Source: an uncultured Flavobacteriaceae bacterium (lineage in GTDB: Bacteria > Bacteroidota > Bacteroidia > AKYH767-A > OLB10). From it: a stretch of DNA of 44,397 nt. Within the stretch, counting starts at the first letter, position 1, and every line of letters begins with the position of its first letter. This document shows positions 36,628 through 44,397 of the stretch, in pieces. The translations under genes and the position numbers were made by a program. Where the stretch lies: positions 1-44,397 of the forward strand of contig CAZPKJ010000003.1 in assembly GCA_964587075.1 (NCBI GenBank). The letters run 5' to 3'. A model generated the notes under the pieces. That model made no database searches. It saw only the letters and a list, made by a program, of their open reading frames with translations, and was not told the origin of the DNA.

Positions 36628-39093
36628 TTATTCGTGATTTCCTGGTACATCCTGCAGCTCCCTGAATTTTAATGGCACAACCAGTTTAAGATTAAATGAA
36701 CGGCCCATTTCATGAATCCCCCTGATACCGTTTACCTCATTTTGAGGAGCGTATTTAAGCCTGCTCAAATGATTCTGGTAGGCAACATCCAGTAAATTAT
36801 CTATATTAAAATACAGCGATAATATGGTTTTGCCATTTCTTGTTACATCGGTACCAATCCCTGTACCAAACAAACTATAGGCTTTGGTAATGGTTTCGGT
36901 TTCGCCAACACTGTATATTTTTTCCTGCCCGAAAGTGTATGAATATTTTACATACCAATAGGAATTCGACAATCCTTTTAGCGGGCCGTTGAATGTGGTT
37001 CGGATTTCGGATGCAAAGCGCGGCGCAGGTATAAAAGGAAGATATTTTAATGAGTCGGGCTGATTAACCCTGACGGCATTTACCATGGAAAAGGAATTTT
37101 CGAAGTGCAACCAGTCGTAAGGATGAGGATGAATATCAATGCTAACTTCACCTCCTGATAATTCAGCATGGTCGGACCTGAAGTTATAAACCGGGGCATC
37201 ATCAATGATGGAATCCTGTCCGCTGACAGATGTTAAGCGGGTATTGAAAATGTAGCTATCAATAGAATTGAGGAAAATATTTATTTCACCGGTAACATGA
37301 TTGGAATGTACACCAAACGAAAAGTCCCATTGCAGGTTCCGTTCAGGTTTCAAACTGAGGTTTCCTATTTCATACCGGCCGCTTCCCTCATGGATTCCGT
37401 TGGATGCCAGCTCGGCAATGTTCGGGGCCCGGAACCCTGCCGCAAAATTTAACTTCGTATAAAAAACCTTCGATAACTGAAAAGCTACTCCTACTGAGCC
37501 GGAAAGACCCTGGAATCGCTTTGAGAAGCCTTGAAATTTTAACACGGCACCATTATCGTAAGGATTTAACTGTTGCCCGGTGCTGTCTACGTATAGTGCA
37601 TCTCCGTTATGGGTTCGGGTGTCGTAACGCAAACCACCGGAGAAATCAAAAATTCCTGAATTTCGCCTGAACAGGGTATATATACCGGCATCGGTTAAAT
37701 TATAACCGGGCACCACGTATTCGGAGCCTTTATTGAGAGAATGCTGGTACATTCCGCTTACACCGGATGTAAATTCAAAATGCTTCAGTAACTGGTAATC
37801 CATCCTTACATCATAGTTAACGGTGTTGAGCAGGAAAAAAAGTCCGAAATGATCGGGTTCGAGAATTTCTCCAAACTCTTTTCTCCTGTTCTGCTGCCAG
37901 GCGATATTTGTCTTGAGTGAATGGTTCCCGATTATAAAATTATTGTCGGATGAAAGTTTATAGTGAAGTATGGTTTGATACGGAACAAAAGCTTTGTACG
38001 ATTTAAAATCGTCGTTATCGGCAATTACTTCAACCGAAGTTGAGTCGTTAATCCTTGTTTCTTTTATGAATTTTCCGGTTGCTTCATCCCGTTCACCTTC
38101 AGGGATACCGGGCTTCATTTCAAAAACACTATATTGTAAATGCGTATAACCCCAGCTCCGGTTGAGTCCGAACATTCCCCCTGCACCTTGCTGGAAATAT
38201 CCTGAATTAAATACATAACCATCCGTTTTATTTTTATAAGCATGCGCTTTCCCGCTGCTCAGTCTGAAATCCCAAACAAATCCCTTGTTGTTTCCTGCAA
38301 GCAATGCACCGTACTTTATCAACCCATTATTGGTTTGATAACCCGCCAGCGCCTTACCTTCAATCAATCCGTTACCCGCAGGTGAAGGGCCCATTAAATT
38401 GATCACACCTGCAAGGGCATCGGATCCATAAGCAAGGCTGGCAGGTCCTTTTAATATTTCAACCGACCCAACCGACAATTCATCAATTTCAACACCATGT
38501 TCATCGCCCCACTGTTGCCCTTCCTGCCGTGTACCATTATGAATCACCACCACCCTGTTGTAGCCTAATCCACGGATAACAGGTTTTGAAATGGCTGCTC
38601 CTGTCGAGACCTGGCTTATACCGGGCACTTCTGAAATTGCGTCAATGATATTATTGGAACTCACTCGCTGCAGTTGAATGGCCGGAATGGATACCACCGG
38701 TGAGGGTGTACGGTTCCGTTCAACGGTTTTCGACATCCCGGTAATAACTACTTCATGCAATTCAGCAACCGATTTCTCCAGCACAAAATCTTTTTTGTTT
38801 ACCTGCGACAAGTCAATGATTTCAATTATCCGGTTATAACCAATGAAGGAAATTTGTATCTGTACCTTTGCTCTGGGAAGGTTTTCTATAAGGTAGCGGC
38901 CATCCTTGTCGGTGATGCTGCCGGTTTTTAAGTCAGGTATGTAAACCGTTACTCCCGGTAAGGATTTGCCTGTTGTTTTTTCGGTAATGATTCCCGATAA
39001 GGTATTGCCCGGTGTTGAGGCATTGGCTTCCAATGTGCTGAAAAAACCAACCCATCCGGCAAAAAGTAAAACAATTATATTTCTTGAACTCAT
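36628..39093 (-). CDS. TonB-dependent receptor with an N-terminal CarboxypepD_reg-like domain
   Basis: Signal peptide MSSRNIIVLLFAGWVGFFSTLEA, a carboxypeptidase-regulatory-like beta-sandwich, a plug (VEILKGPASLAYGSDALAGVINL) and a 22-strand-type barrel. ATG 39093 preferred over the track start 39177. Confidence 0.9.
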   Translation of the reverse strand: MSSRNIIVLLFAGWVGFFSTLEANASTPGNTLSGIITEKTTGKSLPGVTVYIPDLKTGSITDKDGRYLIENLPRAKVQIQISFIGYNRIIEIIDLSQVNKKDFVLEKSVAELHEVVITGMSKTVERNRTPSPVVSIPAIQLQRVSSNNIIDAISEVPGISQVSTGAAISKPVIRGLGYNRVVVIHNGTRQEGQQWGDEHGVEIDELSVGSVEILKGPASLAYGSDALAGVINLMGPSPAGNGLIEGKALAGYQTNNGLIKYGALLAGNNKGFVWDFRLSSGKAHAYKNKTDGYVFNSGYFQQGAGGMFGLNRSWGYTHLQYSVFEMKPGIPEGERDEATGKFIKETRINDSTSVEVIADNDDFKSYKAFVPYQTILHYKLSSDNNFIIGNHSLKTNIAWQQNRRKEFGEILEPDHFGLFFLLNTVNYDVRMDYQLLKHFEFTSGVSGMYQHSLNKGSEYVVPGYNLTDAGIYTLFRRNSGIFDFSGGLRYDTRTHNGDALYVDSTGQQLNPYDNGAVLKFQGFSKRFQGLSGSVGVAFQLSKVFYTKLNFAAGFRAPNIAELASNGIHEGSGRYEIGNLSLKPERNLQWDFSFGVHSNHVTGEINIFLNSIDSYIFNTRLTSVSGQDSIIDDAPVYNFRSDHAELSGGEVSIDIHPHPYDWLHFENSFSMVNAVRVNQPDSLKYLPFIPAPRFASEIRTTFNGPLKGLSNSYWYVKYSYTFGQEKIYSVGETETITKAYSLFGTGIGTDVTRNGKTILSLYFNIDNLLDVAYQNHLSRLKYAPQNEVNGIRGIHEMGRSFNLKLVVPLKFRELQDVPGNHE

Positions 39094-39254
39094 AAATACA
39101 TTTTTAAATAGTAAATACAGGACTATCTTCACCAAAGGAGTGAATTGATAATAAAAAATGCAGAACATTTCAGTCAACGAAGAACTTATCCATGAATCGG
39201 TTTTTAAATGTAAAAACGACCGGTGGTCAAAATACTTGTCTCACGAAAGTGGTA

Positions 39255-39572
39255 CTAAACAAAAGGCGGTGCGCGGCCCGGAACCAGACTGCGGAAACCG
39301 AATGCCTGTGAAAATTCGGCACTGAATCCGGGAGCCGGTAAAAAAAAATCAAATGCAATCTGAATATTATTGCTTACATATTTGGTTTTACTGATCAGGT
39401 TAAATTCACATATCCAGCAATCGTGGTGCGATTCATGAAAATGTTTTTCGTGGTTCGACTCGCAGGATGGTTCATACCGGTGCTCAAAATCGTGAACACT
39501 TTTTATAACCCAGGGTAAAATCAGTAACCCAGCCAGAATAAGAGGAAATATGTGAAGCCTGCCTGATTTCAT
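39255..39572 (-). CDS. small His/Cys-rich single-pass membrane protein (possibly the HYC_CC_PP-type family seen next to TonB-dependent receptors)
   Basis: 105 aa. TM LHIFPLILAGLLILPWVI, then HDFEHRYEPSCESNHEKHFHESHHDCWICEF and a C-terminal RAPP. ATG 39572 preferred because the track TTG (39581) lies inside the -7 box. Confidence 0.5.
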   Translation of the reverse strand: MKSGRLHIFPLILAGLLILPWVIKSVHDFEHRYEPSCESNHEKHFHESHHDCWICEFNLISKTKYVSNNIQIAFDFFLPAPGFSAEFSQAFGFRSLVPGRAPPFV

Positions 39573-39578
39573 TTGTTG

Positions 39579-39586
39579 CAAAAGTA
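39579..39586 (-). promoter_or_regulatory. candidate -7 box TACTTTTG only 6 nt upstream of the small-protein ATG
   Basis: Minus strand reads TACTTTTGcaacaaATG, an exact TAnnTTTG match. Confidence 0.45.
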
Positions 39587-39673
39587 CTAATTTGAGCAGA
39601 TCAACTATATGTTATAACCGGCAATAAAATGTCAAAAAAGATTCGGATTTTTTTTCAAAAGAGAACTAAATTT

Positions 39674-39681
39674 TACATTTG
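39674..39681 (+). promoter_or_regulatory. candidate -7 box TACATTTG upstream of the cytochrome c gene
   Basis: Exact TAnnTTTG, 36 nt upstream of the ATG at 39718. Confidence 0.4.
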
Positions 39682-39717
39682 CCTTACAATTGATGTTTCA
39701 CTTTAAACTCACCTACC

Positions 39718-40326
39718 ATGAAAATGAAATCATTACAAATTTACAACGCCTTTGCCGGAATTGCATTTGCAGTGGTTGTTGTAGCATGTAACCAGGCACC
39801 TCCGGCTGCCGAAGCTGAGAAGCCTGCCGAACCTACTACCGAAGAATTAGCCGAAAGAGGAAAGTACCTCGTTGAGGTTATGGGTTGTCACGATTGTCAT
39901 TCACCCAAAGTTTTCGGACCCCAGGGACCCACACCTGATCCAGAAAAACTACTTTCAGGACATCCTGCCGATCTTGCATTTGGCGCTTATGATGCGGCAA
40001 CGCTTGGTGGCAGAATGATCGCCAATGAACATATTACGGCATTCGCCGGACCATGGGGAATTTCTTATGCGGGTAATTTAACTTCGGATGCCACCGGAAT
40101 TGGCAACTGGACCCTGGAACAATTCAGCAAAGCATTAAAAGAGGGTAAATTTAAAGGACTTGATGGGGGCCGTATGTTACTTCCTCCAATGCCCTGGCCA
40201 AATTTTGTAAACATCACCGATGATGACCTGAATGCCATCTTCACTTACCTAAAATCAACCAAACCTATTAACAATGTGGTGCCCGCCCCAACACCACCTC
40301 CCGGAGCACCAACAACCGGTGTATGA
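39718..40326 (+). CDS. c-type cytochrome lipoprotein (single CxxCH)
   Basis: Lipoprotein signal with VVVAC. Heme motif CHDCH. Distal ligand region LLPPMPW. Pro-rich C-terminus. Confidence 0.75.
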   Translation: MKMKSLQIYNAFAGIAFAVVVVACNQAPPAAEAEKPAEPTTEELAERGKYLVEVMGCHDCHSPKVFGPQGPTPDPEKLLSGHPADLAFGAYDAATLGGRMIANEHITAFAGPWGISYAGNLTSDATGIGNWTLEQFSKALKEGKFKGLDGGRMLLPPMPWPNFVNITDDDLNAIFTYLKSTKPINNVVPAPTPPPGAPTTGV

Positions 40327-40345
40327 TCTGAAGTAAACAATTATG

Positions 40346-40380
40346 AAAGACCGGGGATGACGAATGGCTCCGGTCTTTTA
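40346..40380 (+). terminator. rho-independent terminator after the cytochrome c gene
   Basis: AAAGACCGG-(15 nt)-CCGGTCTTT followed by T-rich sequence. Confidence 0.7.
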
Positions 40381-40454
40381 TATTTTTATGGTCTGTTAAT
40401 TAACCTTTTATAAAATTTATCAGGAATATAGTTGGAAAACATATTTCTTTATCG

Positions 40455-40470
40455 TAATATTGCAATATTA
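40455..40470. promoter_or_regulatory. perfect 16-bp palindrome TAATATTGCAATATTA, candidate ArsR operator overlapping the promoter
   Basis: Inverted repeat TAATATTG/CAATATTA ends 11 nt before the arsR ATG. The left half also approximates a -7 box. Confidence 0.5.
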
Positions 40471-40481
40471 AAATAATAGCC

Positions 40482-40811
40482 ATGGGAGCTTCCAAATCTG
40501 ACCACTTTACCAAAGATCAAAACGAACTGGCCGGCATAGCCAGGGCGCTGGCACATCCGGCACGCATCGCTATTTTACAACATCTGGTTGCGGTTAAGTC
40601 GTGTGTGTGCGGTGATATTGTGGACGAACTCCCTCTGGCCCAGCCCACCATTTCGCAACATCTGAAAGAATTGAAAAACGCCGGGCTTATTAAGGGTATT
40701 ATCGAGGGCAATGCCGTTTGCTATTGCATCGATCATGAAGTATGGAAGCGCTACCGGTTTATATTTCTCGAACTGTTTGAATCATTAAAGCACGGCAATG
40801 GCTGTTGCTGA
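40482..40811 (+). CDS. arsR: ArsR/SmtB-family metalloregulator
   Basis: [21 protein letters not shown] metal(loid)-binding Cys pair, and recognition helix [17 protein letters not shown]. Terminal NGCC. Confidence 0.85.
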   Translation: MGASKSDHFTKDQNELAGIARALAHPARIAILQHLVAVKSCVCGDIVDELPLAQPTISQHLKELKNAGLIKGIIEGNAVCYCIDHEVWKRYRFIFLELFESLKHGNGCC

Positions 40812-40845
40812 TTATAACATACACTAAATTTTAAAAAAACAAACT

Positions 40846-41682
40846 ATGCAAACCAATCAGGAAATCAAAGAACTTGTAAAAGAGAAGTATGGACAAATTG
40901 CAGCCAATTCGAAATCCTTTAACAGTTCATCGTGTTGCGGGGCAACTTCATCTTGTGGCGATGTTTACAATATCATGTCGGATGAATATAATAAAATTGC
41001 AGGCTACCAACCCGATGCCGACCTGGGCCTTGGATGTGGACTTCCTACCGAATTTGCCATGATAAAAAAGGGTGATGTCGTGGTTGACCTGGGTTCGGGT
41101 GCCGGCAACGACTGTTTTGTAGCCCGTCATGAAACCGGGGAATCCGGAAAAGTTATTGGTATCGACATGACGCCGGAAATGATTGAAAAAGCCCGCAACA
41201 ACGCTGAAAAACTTGGATTTAATAATGTGGAGTTCCGCCTGGGTGAAATTGAAAGCATGCCGGTTACCGCAAACTCTGCCGATGTGGTTGTAAGCAATTG
41301 TGTTTTGAACCTGGTTCCCGACAAAGCGGCTGCATTTCTTGAAATAAACCGCATTTTAAAACCGGGTGGTCATTTTAGTATTTCGGATATTGTACTTGAA
41401 GGGGAACTTCACGACAAGTTAAAATCAGCTGCCGAAATGTACGCAGGATGTGTTTCGGGCGCCATTCAAAAATCGGAATACATGAAACTGATTGAGCGGT
41501 TCGGGTTTACCAATATCAGGATTCAAAAAGAGAAAGTAATTGATATACCTGATTCCATACTGAAGGAATACCTCAGTGAGGCGGAATTAAAATCGTACAA
41601 ACTGAATGCTCCAGGAATACGCAGTATTACCGTATATGCCGAAAAGGCCGCCTGTTGCACTCCGGGTGGATCATGTTGCTGA
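40846..41682 (+). CDS. arsM: arsenite S-adenosylmethionine methyltransferase
   Basis: SAM motif [13 protein letters not shown]. Cysteines in ArsM-typical contexts ([30 protein letters not shown]). Cys-rich C-terminus CCTPGGSCC. Confidence 0.85.
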   Translation: MQTNQEIKELVKEKYGQIAANSKSFNSSSCCGATSSCGDVYNIMSDEYNKIAGYQPDADLGLGCGLPTEFAMIKKGDVVVDLGSGAGNDCFVARHETGESGKVIGIDMTPEMIEKARNNAEKLGFNNVEFRLGEIESMPVTANSADVVVSNCVLNLVPDKAAAFLEINRILKPGGHFSISDIVLEGELHDKLKSAAEMYAGCVSGAIQKSEYMKLIERFGFTNIRIQKEKVIDIPDSILKEYLSEAELKSYKLNAPGIRSITVYAEKAACCTPGGSCC

Positions 41683-41727
41683 TACCCGCGTTTAATAATT
41701 GTGCATGGTGATGTAGCTGCAAAATGT

Positions 41728-41735
41728 TATTTTTG
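41728..41735 (+). promoter_or_regulatory. candidate -7 box TATTTTTG upstream of the beta-barrel gene
   Basis: Exact TAnnTTTG, 17 nt before the ATG at 41753. Confidence 0.35.
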
Positions 41736-41752
41736 ATGAAAACTAATACCCC

Positions 41753-42499
41753 ATGCGCATACCTTTAATAATCCTTTGCGGCTTTTTGATATTTGTTGTT
41801 CCTGTCAATGGACAGCAGAACGACGAAAACAGTTCACCCGACTCTCTGGCTGTTGTAAAGAAAGCGGTAAAAAAAACTCCCAGGGGGTTCTTGGGTTTTT
41901 CCATCGGTCCCTCTTTTCCGGTAGGTAATTTTGGAAAATCCGACTGGGATGACGAAAAGTCGGGGTTTGCCAGGCGTGGATATCAGTTCACTGCCATCGA
42001 TTTCGGTATCAAGTTCGTGCCCAATTTCGGCATCACGTTCGGATTCAAAGGTGCCAATGTACCAATGGATGTTCAAAAAATCGCGAACTTTTATGCACAG
42101 GAATATGGAGGTGAGTTTTATGTCAGCAGCACCCGGTGGAATTTTGGCGGCATCTATCTTGGTCCCTTTGTAAGTATTCCCACCAAAATAGTTGACATCG
42201 ATTTTCGTTTCGGTACGGGAATGATGCTTGCCTTTTCACCCAAACTTGAAGTTTCGAGGGGACAGGATTACGCCATGCAGGAAGCCTCGGTAGGGCCATC
42301 CATTTCGGTAACGCTGGGTACAGGTGCCCGGTTTAACATTAACCGCTGGTTCGGAGCTTCGGTAGGAGTCGAGTATTTGAGGGCTCGTCCAACCTTCACC
42401 GTTGAATACTCTTCAAACACCCAGTTTGATCAGGAAACCGTTTATCAAAACATCAGCGTGGTTAACGTGTCGGCCGGATTACTTTTCAGGCTATTTTAA
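41753..42499 (+). CDS. outer-membrane beta-barrel protein (porin-family-like)
   Basis: Signal peptide, alternating hydrophobic strand pattern, and a terminal aromatic residue (LLFRLF). Confidence 0.6.
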   Translation: MRIPLIILCGFLIFVVPVNGQQNDENSSPDSLAVVKKAVKKTPRGFLGFSIGPSFPVGNFGKSDWDDEKSGFARRGYQFTAIDFGIKFVPNFGITFGFKGANVPMDVQKIANFYAQEYGGEFYVSSTRWNFGGIYLGPFVSIPTKIVDIDFRFGTGMMLAFSPKLEVSRGQDYAMQEASVGPSISVTLGTGARFNINRWFGASVGVEYLRARPTFTVEYSSNTQFDQETVYQNISVVNVSAGLLFRLF

Positions 42500-42511
42500 C
42501 CCATAGTCAAT

Positions 42512-43474
42512 TCACTTTATCGAAGCTCGCTGCAACCGGTCGTTGATAGCCTTTCCAAGTCCCTTTTCGGGAAGTTTCTCAGCGATGATTATTTGCACCG
42601 GCATGTGATCAATTTCACGCATGGTTTTAAATAAATTTCTGGCCGCCTCATCCAGATTACCATCAGCCGACAGCTCAAAAACATCAACCCCGTGACTAAA
42701 AATTCTTCCGTTTTTATTCAGCACAATAACGGCACAACGGTTTCCATCGAATTCTTTTAGCAATTCGAAGGGGTCACCAACATACAAGGGTTTTTCAGGA
42801 GCATAATGACTCGCCAGCATACCGGGTGCTGAGGGAATGGATGTATGCCGAACCGTTAGTTTAACTTCACCCGTGATGGCTCTGATATCTTCTACACGTG
42901 TTCCGCCCAACCGGTAAACGACACAGGTATCGTCCTCAAATCCAACAATGGTTGATTCAATTCCAACCCGGCATGGCCCGCCATCAATAACATAAGGTAT
43001 TAATCCGCTAAAATGTTTCAATACATGTTCGGGTGTGGTTGGACTGATATATCCGAAAGGGTTGGCACTTGGTGCTGCAAGAGGAAACTCCACCATGCTT
43101 AACAATGCAAGTGCGAGCGGATGTGATGGCATCCTTACGGCGACAGTATCCAGGCCCGATGTAACCAGGTCGGGAACGACCGGTTTTTTCTTTAGCAATA
43201 TGGTAAGCGGACCGGGCCAGAACCGGTTCATGAGTAATCTGGCGCTTTCGGGAAAAGCTTGTGCAATTTCACCGGCAAAATCGACCGACGCCACATGGAC
43301 AATGAGCGGGTCGAAAGTTGGCCTGTTTTTAAGTTTGAAAATCTTTAATACAGCCTGCTCATCAAAAGCGTTTCCCGCAAGGCCATAAACGGTTTCGGTA
43401 GGCAGTGCCACCAGCTCTCCCTGTCGGAGATAACCGGCAGCAGCGTTTAAATCGGTACCGGTGTGGGTGGTCAT
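42512..43474 (-). CDS. tsaC: L-threonylcarbamoyladenylate synthase (Sua5/YwlC type)
   Basis: YrdC domain LVALPTETVYGLAGNA plus a Sua5 C-terminal domain. Confidence 0.9.
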   Translation of the reverse strand: MTTHTGTDLNAAAGYLRQGELVALPTETVYGLAGNAFDEQAVLKIFKLKNRPTFDPLIVHVASVDFAGEIAQAFPESARLLMNRFWPGPLTILLKKKPVVPDLVTSGLDTVAVRMPSHPLALALLSMVEFPLAAPSANPFGYISPTTPEHVLKHFSGLIPYVIDGGPCRVGIESTIVGFEDDTCVVYRLGGTRVEDIRAITGEVKLTVRHTSIPSAPGMLASHYAPEKPLYVGDPFELLKEFDGNRCAVIVLNKNGRIFSHGVDVFELSADGNLDEAARNLFKTMREIDHMPVQIIIAEKLPEKGLGKAINDRLQRASIK

Positions 43475-43519
43475 GATAGCATGTATAAAGGTTGAGGATA
43501 TACGAAAATAACAGGCTGA

Positions 43520-44397
43520 CTAAATGATGAACCTGGGATGAATCATGTTTTCAACGGAATATATTTCATCCCATTTTTCCTGTGAAATAATTCCCTGCTC
43601 ACTGACAACTATCTGGTAAATGGTTTTACCCGTATCCAGTGCCTCACGCGCAATGGCTGAAGTTTTTTCGTACCCGAGGATAGGGTTCAGCGCGGTCACA
43701 ATGCCAACGCTGTTCATAACGTGGCCTGAGCAAATCTCTTTGTTTGCCGTAATTCCGGGTATACATTTATCGCTGAGTGTATGACATGCATTAATCATAT
43801 ATTCAAAAGAAGTAAACATACTGAAAGCTATCACAGGTTCCATAACATTGAGTTGAAGTTGTCCCGCTTCGCATGCCATAGTCAGCGTGGTATCGGCTCC
43901 AATAACATAATAACAAACCTGGTTCACAACTTCCGGGATAACCGGGTTAACCTTACCCGGCATAATGGAGGATCCTGGTTGCATTTGAGGCAGATTGATT
44001 TCATTAAATCCGGCTCGGGGCCCCGAAGAAAGCAAGCGCAGGTCGTTGCAAATTTTCGACAATTTTACGGCACAACGTTTTAAAGTACCCGATATTTGCA
44101 TATAGGCTCCGGTGTCGACTGTTGCTTCAATTAAGTCGGGTGATAATGTGAGTGGAATGCCCGTTAGAGTGGCAAGATAACCTGTAACTTTTTCGGCATA
44201 ACCTTTCGGAGCATTTATTCCTGTTCCAATAGCCGTAGCACCCATATTGATTTCGGTGATGAGCTTTTGCACTTCACGCATCCTTTGTACATCCTCGCCA
44301 ATAGTAGTGGCATACGCGTTGAATTCAAGACCCAGCGACATGGGAACGGCGTCCTGTAATTGGGTTCGCCCCATCTTTAATACGTCCTTAAACTCCT
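43520..44397 (-). CDS. aspA: aspartate ammonia-lyase, N-terminus beyond the window edge
   Basis: GSSIMPGKVNPVIPEVVNQVC signature loop and AEAGQLQLNVMEPVI closely match AspA rather than FumC. The frame is open to base 44397. Confidence 0.9.
   Translation of the reverse strand, partial: EFKDVLKMGRTQLQDAVPMSLGLEFNAYATTIGEDVQRMREVQKLITEINMGATAIGTGINAPKGYAEKVTGYLATLTGIPLTLSPDLIEATVDTGAYMQISGTLKRCAVKLSKICNDLRLLSSGPRAGFNEINLPQMQPGSSIMPGKVNPVIPEVVNQVCYYVIGADTTLTMACEAGQLQLNVMEPVIAFSMFTSFEYMINACHTLSDKCIPGITANKEICSGHVMNSVGIVTALNPILGYEKTSAIAREALDTGKTIYQIVVSEQGIISQEKWDEIYSVENMIHPRFII

Noticed and set aside
36628-36663. The TonB-dependent receptor continues 11 residues (RELQDVPGNHE) past the usual terminal aromatic residue (…VVPLKF).
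   Set aside because: It may be a real short tail or a family feature. I cannot judge its significance without alignments, and there is no sign of a frameshift.
1-44397. A window-wide look for tRNA/rRNA genes, transposases, integrases, phage genes, toxin-antitoxin pairs, reverse transcriptases and long direct or inverted repeats.
   Set aside because: None was recognised. The intergenic regions are short and AT-rich, with only promoter-like and terminator-like elements, so no mobile element or island boundary is called.

Overview
A chromosomal segment from a Bacteroidota-type genome. Three things support this: T9SS C-terminal sorting domains on two secreted proteins, TAnnTTTG -7 promoter boxes, and a mutL / two rhomboid / EEP gene order. 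It is densely coding, with about 36 genes, and most are housekeeping. These include mutL, two rhomboid proteases, a peptidoglycan transglycosylase, an OmpR-type two-component system, a split transketolase, mutS2, hslR, ychF, parE-parC, tsaC and aspA. Small accessory modules are interspersed: an ECF sigma / anti-sigma / periplasmic protein operon; an MFS / glycosylasparaginase / GH92 N-glycan salvage cluster; a TonB-dependent receptor with a small His/Cys-rich membrane protein; and an arsR-arsM arsenic methylation unit. I found no rRNA, tRNA, CRISPR array, transposase, integrase or long repeat. All calls come from reading motifs in the supplied translations and the DNA by eye; no homology search was run. 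The most unusual item is a monocistronic, stand-alone Cas6-like (RAMP fold) gene at 4766-5503. It has a 254-nt leader and no array or other cas gene in the window. Secondary oddities: (1) a Smr-less MutS2 next to an Hsp15-type S4 protein and YchF; (2) an ECF sigma gene broken by a frameshifting deletion in region 4; (3) a T9SS-secreted alpha/beta-hydrolase whose nucleophile elbow reads GHGKGG, with Gly in place of Ser; (4) a VWA gene inserted between the two transketolase halves. I cannot show that any of these is a new system. Overall the window reads as core genome with a few anomalies.
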